Part shown: positions 44,445 to 54,926 of the stretch, piece after piece
Position numbering within the stretch: the stretch's first letter is position 1
How the letters are laid out: each line of letters begins with the position of its first letter
Origin: Caulobacteraceae bacterium
Lineage (GTDB): Bacteria > Pseudomonadota > Alphaproteobacteria > Caulobacterales > Caulobacteraceae
Assembly (NCBI GenBank): GCA_035524315.1
Contig: DATKPD010000012.1
Coordinates: 3,503-67,502 of the forward strand
Direction of reading: 5' to 3'
Length of the DNA stretch: 64,000 nucleotides
The notes under the pieces: generated by a model
Seen by the model: the letters and a program-made list of their open reading frames with translations, nothing else
Databases searched by the model: none
What the model was told of the DNA's origin: nothing
Position numbers and translations under genes: made by a program

Positions 44445-45272
44445 GTGAGTACGGACGATTTGACAATTCGGCGGTTGGGCGACTTCGCCCATGTCGACGC
44501 GGGCGACGCGGTGGACATGGTCGGGCGCCTCGACGCCATGCACGCCCTGGACGCCTTCCAGGCCTACAAGCGCGAGACCTTCGACCAGTTACGCCCCGCG
44601 CCTGGCAAACGGCTGGCCGATCTGGGCTGCGGCACGGGCGGCGACGCGGGCAAGCTGATCGGCCGGGTCCAGCCCGGCGGATCGGTCACGGGTTTCGACA
44701 TCAGCGAGGCCATGCTGACCCAGGCGCGCGAGCGCCACGGCCAAGTCGACGGCCTGGATTTCGTCAAGATCGACGCATCGGGTCTGGACGCCCCCGATGA
44801 CAGTTTCGACGGGATTCGCGCCGACCGGGTGCTGATCCACGTGCCCGACCCGCGCGCCACGCTCGCCGAAATGATACGCGTGACCAAGCCGGGCGGCCGC
44901 ATCGTGATCAGCGAGCCCGACATGCCCGGTTGCTGGGTCGCCAGCGACAACTACCCTCTGACCGACCGCATCATGGCCGAGATCGCCAAGTCCTGCATCT
45001 CGCCCTACTTCGCCCGCGACCTCTACCCAACGTTCAAGAGCACGCCTGGATTGAAGGACATATCCTTCAGTATATGGTCTCTGACCGCCTTCGACCCGGC
45101 CTCGGTTTCCAAGATTCTCGATCTATCCGGGGTTGTGGAGAGCATGTATTCGCGCGGACTGATCAGTCCGGGAGAAGTCGAAGAAGTTCTTACTGATTTC
45201 ACGGCGCGCGGTAGGGATGGACGATTTGTCGCAAGCGCTCCGGTGATGGTCGCTGCGGCAACAAAGGCTTAA
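44445..45272 (+). CDS. class I SAM-dependent methyltransferase
   Basis: 275 aa, GTG start. Motif I LADLGCGTGGD and post-I GFDIS. The 3' end falls in a 50-57% GC dip. Confidence 0.8.
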   Translation: MSTDDLTIRRLGDFAHVDAGDAVDMVGRLDAMHALDAFQAYKRETFDQLRPAPGKRLADLGCGTGGDAGKLIGRVQPGGSVTGFDISEAMLTQARERHGQVDGLDFVKIDASGLDAPDDSFDGIRADRVLIHVPDPRATLAEMIRVTKPGGRIVISEPDMPGCWVASDNYPLTDRIMAEIAKSCISPYFARDLYPTFKSTPGLKDISFSIWSLTAFDPASVSKILDLSGVVESMYSRGLISPGEVEEVLTDFTARGRDGRFVASAPVMVAAATKA

Positions 45273-45322
45273 CCAGAAACAATCTAATTTCGCCTGGGTA
45301 GAAAACTGCAGGCGGCGCTACG

Positions 45323-46399
45323 ATGGGTTCAACCGAAACATCGGACCATCATGTCAATTGGCGCTCTCTGCTGGCCTACGTCAGGGCGCTTGATGACTTC
45401 ACCCGCGCCGGCGGCGCCCTGCTGAACCCTTCAAGCTTCGAACGCATCAACGCGGCGTCGGTCGTGGCCATGCCGCCGGTGCAGACGTTCGAGGCGTCCG
45501 ACCACGGCGCTCTGGCCTATCGGGTCTATCCAGCCCGCGCCAGCCGCCAGGTGATGGTGATGATTCATGGATCTGGCGGCTTCGGCGACCAAATGGCGGT
45601 GATGGCCGACCGATTGGCCCGCGCCAACGTCGCCACCGTCTATACCCCCGACATCCGCGGTCACGGCCGCTCGCCCGGTCCCCGGGGCCATGCCGTGCGA
45701 CATCCGCGCCAATTGGTCGATGACCTGATCGCCTTCATGGGCCACGTGCGCGCCGCCCATCCGGATGCAAAGATTAGCTTGGCCGGCCACTCCGCGGGCG
45801 GCGGCTTGGCGCTGGGCTTCGCGCGCACGGCCGAGGCGGAGGATCTGGTCGACAGCTACGTCTTCCTGGCGCCCTTCTTGGGCCTGGGCTGCGCCGCCAA
45901 CCGGCCCTTCTTCGGCGGCTGGGTCGGCTTGCGCGCGATGACCTTGCGCGCCCTAACCCTGGCCAATCTGTTCGGCGTTGAGCGGTTCAACGACACCACG
46001 GTGGTGGAATTCGACACCCGCGGCGCCGCCGGCGACGCATACGCCGACAGTTGGTCGTACAACACCATGCTCGCCTTCGGCCCGGGCCGCTGGCTGCCCG
46101 ACGCGCGCCCGCTGTCGTCGGACAAGCCGGTTCTGGTCCTGGCCGGAACGAGGGACGAATGTTTCGATGCGTCACTGTACGCCGACGCCTTCGCCGTGGC
46201 CGCGCCGCACGCCGATATCCGCACGCTCGGCCCGATCGGGCACTGGGACTTGCTGGTCGACGACCAGACGACGCTGCAGATGGCCGACTGGCTGGCCCGC
46301 CAGGCGCTCGACGACCTGGTCAGGCTGGCGCCAAGCGCGCCCGAGCAACGCCTGCAACAACAACAATACGCCGCCAAACGGCTGAGGGAGGCCTCATGA
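45323..46399 (+). CDS. alpha/beta-fold hydrolase (lysophospholipase/monoacylglycerol-lipase-like)
   Basis: 358 aa. Oxyanion HGSGG and nucleophile elbow GHSAGG, with a C-terminal His region (GPIGHWDL). Confidence 0.8.
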   Translation: MGSTETSDHHVNWRSLLAYVRALDDFTRAGGALLNPSSFERINAASVVAMPPVQTFEASDHGALAYRVYPARASRQVMVMIHGSGGFGDQMAVMADRLARANVATVYTPDIRGHGRSPGPRGHAVRHPRQLVDDLIAFMGHVRAAHPDAKISLAGHSAGGGLALGFARTAEAEDLVDSYVFLAPFLGLGCAANRPFFGGWVGLRAMTLRALTLANLFGVERFNDTTVVEFDTRGAAGDAYADSWSYNTMLAFGPGRWLPDARPLSSDKPVLVLAGTRDECFDASLYADAFAVAAPHADIRTLGPIGHWDLLVDDQTTLQMADWLARQALDDLVRLAPSAPEQRLQQQQYAAKRLREAS

Positions 46400-47073
46400 A
46401 GACCATCTTGATCGTCAAGCGCGCCATGGGAGCGGGCGCCTGCGCCGCTGCGTTGGGCCTGGCCTCCGGCCCCGCCCATGCCCAGGATTACCTGCCCCAC
46501 GCCGGAACGGTGGTGGTCCGCGTCGGCGCGGCGGGCGTGCTGTTCCAGTCCAGCGGCAAGCTGGCCGCCTTCGGCCAACCCATACCGGGCGCCGGCCTGC
46601 ACCTGTCCGACAACGTAACCGCCGCGTTCGAAGGCGAGTATTTCGTCCGTCCAGACCTGTCGATCACCCTGGCCGTCGGCGCGCCGCCGACCACCAACGC
46701 CACCGCCACCGGGACCCTGGCCGCTGTGGGCAAGCTGGGCTCCGTGCAATACGGACCGGCCGCCTTGCTCGGACGCTACCACGTCAACCAGTTCGGGCGC
46801 TTTCAGCCGTTCGTCGGCGCGGGCGTGACGCGCATGCTCAATTTCCACGACACCGGCGCGGCTATTCCCGACCTGCATGTCGCCCCCGCGTGGGGCGCGG
46901 TGGTCCAGGCCGGCGGCGACTACATGCTGGACGCCCACTGGGGCGTGTATGGCAGCATTTCGCACCTGTTCCTGCGCACCCACGCCCACGGGGACTTCGC
47001 CGGCCTGCCGGTGACCGCCAAGATCGCCCTCGACCCCAATGTAGTGCAGGGCGGGCTAGCCTACCGCTTCTGA
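46396..47073 (+). CDS. OmpW-family outer-membrane protein
   Basis: 225 aa from the internal Met of track ORF 46051..47073. Signal peptide ...GPAHA. FQPFVGAGV and C-terminal ...GGLAYRF beta-barrel signature. ATGA overlap with the hydrolase stop. Confidence 0.82.
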   Translation: MKTILIVKRAMGAGACAAALGLASGPAHAQDYLPHAGTVVVRVGAAGVLFQSSGKLAAFGQPIPGAGLHLSDNVTAAFEGEYFVRPDLSITLAVGAPPTTNATATGTLAAVGKLGSVQYGPAALLGRYHVNQFGRFQPFVGAGVTRMLNFHDTGAAIPDLHVAPAWGAVVQAGGDYMLDAHWGVYGSISHLFLRTHAHGDFAGLPVTAKIALDPNVVQGGLAYRF

Positions 47074-47181
47074 CGGCGCGTCCGCAAAAACGCCTGAAGC
47101 CGTCGCAAACGCAAACCGCATCTTAACGACCCTCGCCCACCTTGGCGGAACGATAAGGTTAATCGGGCCAGGGATTCCGGC

Positions 47182-48066
47182 ATGGCATTCGGCGGCGGCG
47201 AACGCCCGATCATCATCAAGAAGATCAAGAAGGGCGGCGGCGGCGGCCACCACGGCGGCGCCTGGAAGGTCGCCTACGCCGACTTCGTCACCGCCATGAT
47301 GGCGTTCTTTCTGCTGATGTGGCTGATCAACGTCACCTCGCCCGAGCAGAAGCGGGGCATCGCCGACTATTTCGCCCCCGCCAGCGTATCGGCCTCGACC
47401 TCGGGCTCCGGCGGCATACTCGCCGGCACCAGCCTCGGCGACCAAGACGTCAAGGGCGCCGGCTCGCCCATGATGGAACAGCCCTCCCCGCCCGCGCCCA
47501 AGACCGGCAGCGACACCGGCAGCGGCTCGGCCCAGGCCAGCGACCAGGCGTTGAAACAGGCCCTGGAAAAGCGCGAGGACCAGGAATTCCAGAGCGCGGC
47601 CGAGTCGATCAGGCAGGCCATGCAGAACATGCCCGAGTTGGCCGAACTGTCGAAGCAGGTGATCATCGACAACACGCCCGAGGGCCTGCGCATCCAGCTG
47701 ATCGATCAGGAAGGCCGCTCGATGTTCGACGAGGGCTCGGCCAAGCCCAACGACCGGGCGCGCGTGCTGCTGCGCGCCGTAGCCCACGTGATCAATCAAC
47801 TGCCCAACCGCCTGACCGTGGCGGGCCACACCAGCGTCAGCACCGGCGGCGGCAAGCCGGCCTCGGACTGGCAGCTGTCGGCGGCGCGGGCCGACGCGTC
47901 GCGGGCGATTCTGCAGGACGCGGGAGTCGATCCCGACCGCATCTATCAGGTGTCGGGCAAGGCCGATTCCGATCCGCTCTATCCGGATGATCCCACATTG
48001 CCGGGAAACCGCCGCATCGCCATCGTGCTTCTGCGCGACGCGCCTGTCTTGCCGCCGAATTCGTGA
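47182..48066 (+). CDS. motB: flagellar motor stator protein MotB (OmpA-like C-domain)
   Basis: 294 aa. GGAWKVAYADFVTAMMAFFLLMWL plug/TM with the conserved Asp. C-terminal LSAARADASR...NRRIAIVL peptidoglycan-binding motif. Confidence 0.88.
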   Translation: MAFGGGERPIIIKKIKKGGGGGHHGGAWKVAYADFVTAMMAFFLLMWLINVTSPEQKRGIADYFAPASVSASTSGSGGILAGTSLGDQDVKGAGSPMMEQPSPPAPKTGSDTGSGSAQASDQALKQALEKREDQEFQSAAESIRQAMQNMPELAELSKQVIIDNTPEGLRIQLIDQEGRSMFDEGSAKPNDRARVLLRAVAHVINQLPNRLTVAGHTSVSTGGGKPASDWQLSAARADASRAILQDAGVDPDRIYQVSGKADSDPLYPDDPTLPGNRRIAIVLLRDAPVLPPNS

Positions 48067-48182
48067 AATCGCGGTGATGTGCGCGGTGCGCCATCTTGCG
48101 GAGGGGGAACGGGATAAGCACTAATCTATAGGCGTGGGGGAGTCGTCCACGCGGTTCGGATCGAACGTTCTAGGGCACGTCT

Positions 48183-48932
48183 TTGACGCAACACTTCGCG
48201 CCCCGTCAGCTCAGGTTCTTCCTCACGGCGCCCGCGCCGTGTCCGTACCTGCCCGACCGCGAAGAGCGCAAGGTGTTCGCACACCTGCCCTTGTCCGACG
48301 GCCCCGGCGTCAACGACGCCCTGACCCAGGTCGGCTTCCGCCGCTCGCAGAACATCGCCTACCGGCCCGCGTGCGAGGCGTGCGAGGCCTGCGTCTCGGC
48401 CCGCTTGCCCGCCATCGACTATCGCTTCAGCCGCTCCGAGCGGCGGGTGCTGGAGCGCAACGCCGACCTGTCGCGCCATCTGGTAGAGGCCGAGGCCACC
48501 ATGGAGCAGTTCGACCTGCTCCGCCGCTATCTGCTGGCCCGCCACGCCAACGGCGGCATGGCCGATATGACCTGGCCCGACTATGTAGCCATGGTCGAGG
48601 ACACAGCGGTGCGCACGCACCTGATCGAATATCGGCTGCCGTCGGGCGACCGGGGCCCGGGCGACCTGGCCGCCTGCGTGCTGGTCGACATCCTCGGCGA
48701 CGGCCTGTCGCTGGTCTACAGCTTCTATGACCCGGCCATGCAGCGCCGCAGCCTGGGCTCGTTCGTGATCTTGGACCATGTGGTCCAGGCGCGCCTGGCC
48801 GCCCTGCCCTATGTCTATCTTGGCTATTGGGTGCCGGGCAGCATCAAGATGGACTACAAGGCGCGCTTCCGCCCGATCGAGGTCCTGCGTCCAGGCGGGT
48901 GGGCCCGGCTGGAAGGGCCGCGCGGCGAATAG
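48183..48932 (+). CDS. bpt: arginyl-tRNA-protein transferase homologue (Bpt, Asp/Glu leucyltransferase)
   Basis: 249 aa, TTG start. CPYLPDREE, RRSQNIAYRPAC.AC.AC and YVYLGYWV motifs of the ATE/Bpt family. Confidence 0.88.
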   Translation: MTQHFAPRQLRFFLTAPAPCPYLPDREERKVFAHLPLSDGPGVNDALTQVGFRRSQNIAYRPACEACEACVSARLPAIDYRFSRSERRVLERNADLSRHLVEAEATMEQFDLLRRYLLARHANGGMADMTWPDYVAMVEDTAVRTHLIEYRLPSGDRGPGDLAACVLVDILGDGLSLVYSFYDPAMQRRSLGSFVILDHVVQARLAALPYVYLGYWVPGSIKMDYKARFRPIEVLRPGGWARLEGPRGE

Positions 48933-48944
48933 GCGCCGCCGCTC

Positions 48945-51206
48945 CTACCTCGGCCTGAACCGCTTGCTCGCCGGGAAGCCCTTGGGGGCCAGCTTGCCCG
49001 CGCCCGCGCGGCGGCCCAGCCAATCGCGCCATTCCGGCCAGGCGCGCGTGCGGCCCGCCGTATCGGTCCAGGCTGGCCCGTCGGCCGCGAAGAAGCTCAA
49101 AGCATCGCGCAACCCGCCTTCGCGGTAGGTCTGCAGCTTGACGCCCTTGCCGCGCGGCATTTCGGGCAGCTCGTCCATCGGGAACACCAGGATCTTGCCG
49201 TTATCGCCCACCACCGCCAGGTGGTCGCCGGTCTGCTCCATGCAAAAGGCCGCGCCGGCCTTGTCCACCGTCAGCACCTGCTTGCCGCCGCGCTTGGACG
49301 CCAGGGCCTCGTCCTCGGACAGCACGAAGCCATAGCCGGCCTTGGACGCGATCACGCGCTTGCGCCCGGCCTTGTGCGTGAACACCGCCACGAAGCCGAC
49401 CTTGTCGTCCAGGTCGATCATCAGCCGCACCGGCTCGCCCATGCCCCGGCCAGAGGGCAGCTTGTCGCACGGCAGGGTGAAGAATCGGCCGTCAGAGGCG
49501 AACAGCAACAGCTTGTCGACGGTCTCGCACGGGATCAGGAAGGCCAGCTTGTCGCCTTCCTTGAACTTCAGCTCCGACGGGTCCTCGACCTTGCCCTTCT
49601 GCGCCCGGATCCAGCCGCGTTCGGACAGGATCACGGTGATGGCCTCGCGCACGATCAGGGCTTCGGCCGCGGCTGCGGCGTCCACCAGCGGCGCGTCGGC
49701 GAAGGTCGAGCGGCGCCTGCCCAGCGCCGTCTCCTGGCCAATCACCTTCTGCACGCCGCGCAGCCCCACTCCCACCAGTTTCCACTGCTCGCGGTCCGAG
49801 GCCAGTAGCGCCTGGATGCCGTCGCGCTCCTCGGCCAGGCCCGCGTGTTCGCGGCGGATTTCCATTTCCTCCAGCTTGGCCAACTGGCGCAGGCGCGTGT
49901 TGAGGATGGCCTCGGCCTGAATCTCGGTCAGGCCGAACGCCTCGATCAGCTTGGCCTTGGGCTGGTCCTCGAAGCGAACGATGCGGATCACCTCGTCCAG
50001 ATTGAGGTAGACGATCAGCAGGCCTTCCAGGATGTGCAGGCGGGCCTCGATCTTGGCCAGCCGGTGACGGGCCCGGCGGACCAGCACCTCGCGCCGATGG
50101 TCGAGGAAGGCCTTGAGCGCCGCCTTCAGCCCCATCACGCCCGGTGTGCCGCGCGCGTCCAGCACGTTCATATTGACCGGAAAGCGGGTTTCCAGGTCGG
50201 AGAGCTTGAACAGGCTCTCCATCAGCACCTCGGGCTCGACGTTGCGCGACTTGGGCTCGAGGATCAGGCGCACGTCCTCGGCCGACTCGTCGCGCACGTC
50301 GCCCAGCAGCGGCGCCTTCTTGGTCTCGATCAGGCCGGCCAAGTGCTCGACCAGATCAGCCTTGCGCACCTGGTAGGGGATTTCGGTGACCACGATCACA
50401 TAGCCGCCCCGGCCCGTATCCTCCACGGCCCAGCGGGCGCGCGTGCGCACCCCACCCCGGCCGGTTTCGTAGATGTCGAGCAGCGAGGCCTTGGGCTCGA
50501 CGATCACCCCGCCGGTGGGGAAGTCTGGGCCCTGGACCTTGTCCATCAACTCAAGCGTGGTGGTTTCAGGCTTTTGCAGCAGCAACAGGCAGGCGTCGAT
50601 CAACTCGCCCGCGTTGTGCGGCGGGATCGAAGTGGCCATGCCGACCGCGATACCCGAGGCGCCGTTGGCCAGAAGGTTGGGGAAGCCCGCCGGCAGAACC
50701 ACCGGCTCCTCATCCTCGCCGTCATAGGTCGGGCGAAGATCGACCGCGTCCTCGTCGATGCCGTCGAGCAACAACTGCGCGGCCTGGGTCAGGCGGCACT
50801 CGGTGTAGCGCATGGCGGCGGCGTTATCGCCGTCGATGTTGCCGAAGTTGCCTTGGCCGTCGACCAGCGGGTAACGCTGGGCGAAGTCCTGGGCCAGCCG
50901 CACCATGGCGTCGTACACGGCCACGTCGCCGTGGGGGTGGAAGCGGCCGATCACGTCGCCCACCACGCGCGCGCACTTCTTGGCCGCGCCGGCCGGGTCG
51001 AGCCGCATCAGGCTCATGGAGAACATCAACCGGCGGTGCACGGGCTTGAGCCCGTCGCGCACGTCGGGCAGCGCCCGGTTGGTGATGGTCGACAGGGCGT
51101 AGGCCAGGTAGCGCCGCGACAGCGCCTCGCTCAACGGCTCGTCGATGATACGGCCATCGTCGCCGCCGTCACCGGCCGGAGGAAGGGGTTTGTTCATGGG
51201 CGCCAC
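48945..51206 (-). CDS. parC: DNA topoisomerase IV subunit A
   Basis: 753 aa. [19 protein letters not shown] and AAMRYTE (catalytic Tyr) motifs. Shorter C-terminal domain than GyrA. Confidence 0.93.
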   Translation of the reverse strand: MAPMNKPLPPAGDGGDDGRIIDEPLSEALSRRYLAYALSTITNRALPDVRDGLKPVHRRLMFSMSLMRLDPAGAAKKCARVVGDVIGRFHPHGDVAVYDAMVRLAQDFAQRYPLVDGQGNFGNIDGDNAAAMRYTECRLTQAAQLLLDGIDEDAVDLRPTYDGEDEEPVVLPAGFPNLLANGASGIAVGMATSIPPHNAGELIDACLLLLQKPETTTLELMDKVQGPDFPTGGVIVEPKASLLDIYETGRGGVRTRARWAVEDTGRGGYVIVVTEIPYQVRKADLVEHLAGLIETKKAPLLGDVRDESAEDVRLILEPKSRNVEPEVLMESLFKLSDLETRFPVNMNVLDARGTPGVMGLKAALKAFLDHRREVLVRRARHRLAKIEARLHILEGLLIVYLNLDEVIRIVRFEDQPKAKLIEAFGLTEIQAEAILNTRLRQLAKLEEMEIRREHAGLAEERDGIQALLASDREQWKLVGVGLRGVQKVIGQETALGRRRSTFADAPLVDAAAAAEALIVREAITVILSERGWIRAQKGKVEDPSELKFKEGDKLAFLIPCETVDKLLLFASDGRFFTLPCDKLPSGRGMGEPVRLMIDLDDKVGFVAVFTHKAGRKRVIASKAGYGFVLSEDEALASKRGGKQVLTVDKAGAAFCMEQTGDHLAVVGDNGKILVFPMDELPEMPRGKGVKLQTYREGGLRDALSFFAADGPAWTDTAGRTRAWPEWRDWLGRRAGAGKLAPKGFPASKRFRPR

Positions 51207-51244
51207 AGAATCAGATTCTGGCCGCCACCTCCACCTTCATGGCG

Positions 51245-51976
51245 CTAGAGCCGCCCGGCGTCCCTCAACTTGTCGATCAGCCACACCCGCGCAGGCGGCA
51301 AGGGGCGGTTGAGCGGACCAAACACGAACTGCTCGAGGAAATGGCCCGTCAGATCCAGGCCGGCCCCGACGTCGCCGACCGCCAGCCCCGCCTGGGCGCC
51401 CAGCAGGAACGGCGGAAGCGCCAGGAGCTTGTCCTTGTAGGGCTCGCCCGCGCCCCGACTGACCGCGCGTCCCGTGCGGGGGGAAACATAGATCAGATCG
51501 TCGAGCGAGCCGGTGGCGGCGCAGCGCGACAGGTCCAGCCCAAAGCCCAGGTCCTGCAGCAGACCCGCCTCGAAGCGCACGAACACCGCTGGCCACGCCT
51601 GGGTAGCGGCCAGGGCGGCGATGAAGGCCTCCAGCCCATAGAAGGCCCCTGGATGCGGCTCGCGCTCAGGCAAGGCGCCGGCGGCAACGGCGGCGGCGGC
51701 GGCCAGGCCCATTAGGGCCACAGGATCGTCGAACAGGGCCGCCGGCCCCTCGCCCACCGGCTCGATCGACGCCGACCCGAGCGCTTCGGACACGCGCGCG
51801 CGGTAGCGGGCGATCACCCGCGCGCCCGGCTGCAGAAAAGGCTTCATCCGCCGCGAAGCGCCGCCGGCCACGTGGGCGGCGTGCCGGCCATGCTCGGCGG
51901 TCAGCAGTTCAACGATGGCGCCGGTCTCGCCATAGGCGCGGGCGGACAGCACGAACGCGTCGTCCTCCCACTCCAT
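51245..51976 (-). CDS. recO: DNA repair protein RecO
   Basis: 243 aa. MEWEDDAFVLSARAYGETGAIVELLT N-terminal OB-fold pattern. Position downstream of era. Confidence 0.9.
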   Translation of the reverse strand: MEWEDDAFVLSARAYGETGAIVELLTAEHGRHAAHVAGGASRRMKPFLQPGARVIARYRARVSEALGSASIEPVGEGPAALFDDPVALMGLAAAAAVAAGALPEREPHPGAFYGLEAFIAALAATQAWPAVFVRFEAGLLQDLGFGLDLSRCAATGSLDDLIYVSPRTGRAVSRGAGEPYKDKLLALPPFLLGAQAGLAVGDVGAGLDLTGHFLEQFVFGPLNRPLPPARVWLIDKLRDAGRL

Positions 51977-51985
51977 CAGCGCGGC

Positions 51986-52921
51986 CTAGACATCGAAATC
52001 CAGGCCGAGGTCGTTGTAGAGCCCCCGTTCCTCGGCCCAGTTTTCCTTGACCTTGACGTGCAGGAACAGGTGGACGGGGCGGTCGAAGATCTCGGCCAGC
52101 TCGGTGCGCGACTGCTCGCCGATCCACTTGAGCGTCTGGCCGCCCTTGCCCAGCACGATCGGCTTCTGACCCTCGCGCTCGACGAAGATGGTCTGCTCGA
52201 TGCGCAAGCCGTTCTTCTGCTCGGTAAAGGCGGTGGTCTCCACCGTGGCCGAATAGGGCAGTTCCTCGTGCAGGCGCAGGTAGATCTTCTCGCGCGTCAA
52301 CTCGGCCGCCAACAGCCTCGCGGGCAGGTCGGCGGTCTGATCCTCGGGATAGAGCCACGGCCCCTCGGGCATGCGCTCGGCCAGGGCGCGCTTGAGGTCG
52401 TCCACACCATCGCCGGTCGCGGCGGAGATCATGAACACCTGGTCGTAGATATCGTCATCGAACAGCGCCTGGCCCACGCCCAGCAGGGTGTCGCGCCGCA
52501 TGTGGTCGATCTTGTTGATGGCCAGGATCGCTTTGCGTCCGGCGCCCTTCAGCCCCTCGACGATCGACTGGACGTCCTGGGCGGCGCGTCGGTCGGCGGC
52601 TTCGGCGCGGTTCTCCATCACCGCCAGCTGGGCCTGGGCGTCGACCAGATGCACCGTGACCTCGGCGTCTTCCGAGCCGCCCCAGGCCGAGCGCACCATC
52701 GCCCGGTCGAGCCTGCGGCGCGGGGTGAAGATGCCGGGGGTGTCGACCAGCACGATCTGGGTCTGCCCCTCCATGGCCACGCCGCGCACCGGGAAGCGCG
52801 TGGTCTGCACCTTTTGAGTGACAATGGTGACCTTGGACCCGACCAGGCGGTTGACCAGGGTGGATTTGCCGGCGTTGGGCGCGCCGATCACGGCGGCGAA
52901 TCCGGCGCGCGTGTTGCTCAT
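51986..52921 (-). CDS. era: GTPase Era
   Basis: 311 aa. G1 GAPNAGKST, G3 DTPG, G4 NKID and a C-terminal KH domain. Confidence 0.96.
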   Translation of the reverse strand: MSNTRAGFAAVIGAPNAGKSTLVNRLVGSKVTIVTQKVQTTRFPVRGVAMEGQTQIVLVDTPGIFTPRRRLDRAMVRSAWGGSEDAEVTVHLVDAQAQLAVMENRAEAADRRAAQDVQSIVEGLKGAGRKAILAINKIDHMRRDTLLGVGQALFDDDIYDQVFMISAATGDGVDDLKRALAERMPEGPWLYPEDQTADLPARLLAAELTREKIYLRLHEELPYSATVETTAFTEQKNGLRIEQTIFVEREGQKPIVLGKGGQTLKWIGEQSRTELAEIFDRPVHLFLHVKVKENWAEERGLYNDLGLDFDV

Positions 52922-53607
52922 TGACCCGCCTCCCGTTGCAGAAACGCCTCTGCGGCGCGCTTTTCGGCCGCCTGGCGCGAGCGGCCCTCCCCCGTCGCCG
53001 GGGCCAGGCCGTCGACCGTCACTTCGATGCGGAAAACCGGCGCGTGGTCAGGGCCCTCGCGTGAAACAATGCTGTATTTGGGCAAGGGCTTCCTTCGGGC
53101 CAGAGCCCATTCCTGCAGGGTTGTCTTGGGATTGGCGGCTTCCAGATCGAGCGGCTGCTCGAGCGCTGTGGCCCATAGGTCCAGCGCCACGGCCTTGGCC
53201 GCCTCGAACCCCTGATCAAGATAGGCCGCGCCGAGCAAGGCCTCGCACCCGTCAGCCAGCACGGTCTCGTTGCGGCGCAGGCCCTGGGCCCTGGGCACAT
53301 CCATGGCGTCGGCCAGGCCGATCGCCTCCGCCACGGCGGCGCACACCTCGCGGCTGACCAGATGGGCGTAGCGCTTGGCCAGTATTTCCGGGCCCGCGTC
53401 CACGTCGCGCTGAAACAGGGCCTCGGCCACCACCAGGCCCAGCACCCGGTCGCCCAGGAACTCCAGGCGCTCGTTGTGCAGAACGCCGCCGCGCCCCAGG
53501 CCCAGCTTGGAGGCGTGGGTCAGGGCGCGCTCCAACAGGGCGCGGTCCTTGAAGGCAAAGCCCAGGCGGCGCTCAAGGGCGGCGATCGCGGCGGCCCTGG
53601 AGCTCAT
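52918..53607 (-). CDS. rnc: ribonuclease III
   Basis: 229 aa. NERLEFLGD signature and C-terminal dsRBD. ATGA overlap with era. Confidence 0.96.
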   Translation of the reverse strand: MSSRAAAIAALERRLGFAFKDRALLERALTHASKLGLGRGGVLHNERLEFLGDRVLGLVVAEALFQRDVDAGPEILAKRYAHLVSREVCAAVAEAIGLADAMDVPRAQGLRRNETVLADGCEALLGAAYLDQGFEAAKAVALDLWATALEQPLDLEAANPKTTLQEWALARRKPLPKYSIVSREGPDHAPVFRIEVTVDGLAPATGEGRSRQAAEKRAAEAFLQREAGQ

Positions 53608-53617
53608 GCCGACGTCA

Positions 53618-54415
53618 TCAGTGCAGAATGTTGAAGAAGCGGCTGGGCCGGGCGTCGAGCAACCAGGTCCACGGCTTGAACAGCGAGGCGCCTTTGTTCC
53701 ACGACAGTAGGATCAGCTGGGCCCGTCCTTCCAGGTTCTCGGCCGGCACGAAGCCGACCCCGTCGTTGTCGGGCGAGAAGCGGCTGTCGAGCGAGTTGTC
53801 GCGGTTGTCGCCCATGAAGAAATATTCGCCCTGGGGCACCACGAACGGGTCGGTGTTCTCGGCCGGATCGTCGGGATTGACCTGATAGGTGGTGTAGGTC
53901 TTGCCGTTGCTCATGGTCTCGACCAGCTTGTCGGCCTTCTGCTGGAAGCCGCCGATGTCGATATCGGCCGTGCCGTTGGCCTTTTGCGGGATCGGCTGGT
54001 TATTGATGAACACCGTGCCGTGGCGCACCTGGACCGTGTCGCCCGGCAGGCCGATCAGGCGCTTGATGTAGTCCATGCGCGGGTCGCGCGGCAGCTTGAA
54101 CACAATGATGTCGCCGCGCGCGGGCTCGCGCATGAACAGCCGACCATGAGAGATCGGCGGACTGATCGGCAACGAATAACGCGAGAATCCGTAGCTGTAC
54201 TTGGAGACGATGATGTAATCGCCCTCCAGCAGCGTCGGCTCCATTGAGGCCGAGGGAATGGTGAAGGGCTGGAACAGCACCACCCGCAGCACCAGCGCGA
54301 TCAGCAAGGCGTAGATGATGGTCTTGCCGATCTCGATCAGTTCGCCGTTCGCACGCGTGCGAACCGAATCCGGTCCGGTCTTGCTGGCCGTGGACATGAA
54401 GGGTGTTTCTCTCAA
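53618..54415 (-). CDS. lepB: signal peptidase I
   Basis: IPSASMEPTL (catalytic Ser), KRLIGLPGD (Lys) and GDNRDNSLDSR boxes. The track start is TTG 54415; ATG 54397 (MSTASK) is equally plausible. Confidence 0.94.
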   Translation of the reverse strand: MRETPFMSTASKTGPDSVRTRANGELIEIGKTIIYALLIALVLRVVLFQPFTIPSASMEPTLLEGDYIIVSKYSYGFSRYSLPISPPISHGRLFMREPARGDIIVFKLPRDPRMDYIKRLIGLPGDTVQVRHGTVFINNQPIPQKANGTADIDIGGFQQKADKLVETMSNGKTYTTYQVNPDDPAENTDPFVVPQGEYFFMGDNRDNSLDSRFSPDNDGVGFVPAENLEGRAQLILLSWNKGASLFKPWTWLLDARPSRFFNILH

Positions 54416-54508
54416 CTCGCGCCGGCGATCCGGACTCGGGTTCTTGCTAGTCGTTCAGCGGCCCGGCGGCAAGCCGCCGCGCGCAGGGTGCGACCCCCAC
54501 AACCGGCT

Positions 54509-54913
54509 CTAGCCCGCGATCGGCACGGCTTCGATGATCACGAACGCCTGGGCGTAGGGATGGTCGTCGGTCAGACTGACGTGGATGTTGGCCTGCATTC
54601 CGGGCGGAATCAGGGCCGCCAGGCGTACCGCCGCGCCGCCGGTCAGGCGCATGGTCGGCTGTCCCGAGGGGGCGTTGACCACCCCCATGTCGCGCCAGAA
54701 CACACCCGCGCGGATGCCGGTGCCCAGCGCCTTGGAACAGGCTTCCTTGGCGGCGAAACGCTTGGCGTAGCTGGACGCGCGGTCGTCGCGCCGCTCGGCC
54801 CGCCGCCGCTCGGTCTCGGTGAAGATGCGGTCGGTGAAGCGCGCGCCGAACCGGTCCAGCGTGGTTTGGATGCGCCGGATGTCGGTCAGGTCCGAGCCTA
54901 TGCCGACGATCAT
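54509..54913 (-). CDS. acpS: holo-ACP synthase
   Basis: 134 aa. MIVGIGSDL start and [14 protein letters not shown] motif. Confidence 0.93.
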   Translation of the reverse strand: MIVGIGSDLTDIRRIQTTLDRFGARFTDRIFTETERRRAERRDDRASSYAKRFAAKEACSKALGTGIRAGVFWRDMGVVNAPSGQPTMRLTGGAAVRLAALIPPGMQANIHVSLTDDHPYAQAFVIIEAVPIAG

Positions 54914-54926
54914 GTTGAAATCCGGA

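Noticed and set aside
45856-46989. 377-aa minus-strand ORF; also 60778..62067 (429 aa, minus) and 42783..44030 (415 aa, minus)
   Set aside because: They are antisense to the hydrolase/OmpW, NYN/UDG and hemB genes respectively. Low-complexity G/R/A-rich products with no start context.
47074-47181. Sigma54 (TGGCAC-N5-TTGC) or CtrA (TTAA-N7-TTAA) sites upstream of motB
   Set aside because: The nearest strings (TGGCGGAACGATAAGG; two TTAA about 35 nt apart) do not fit the spacing or the -12 element, so there is no supportable call.
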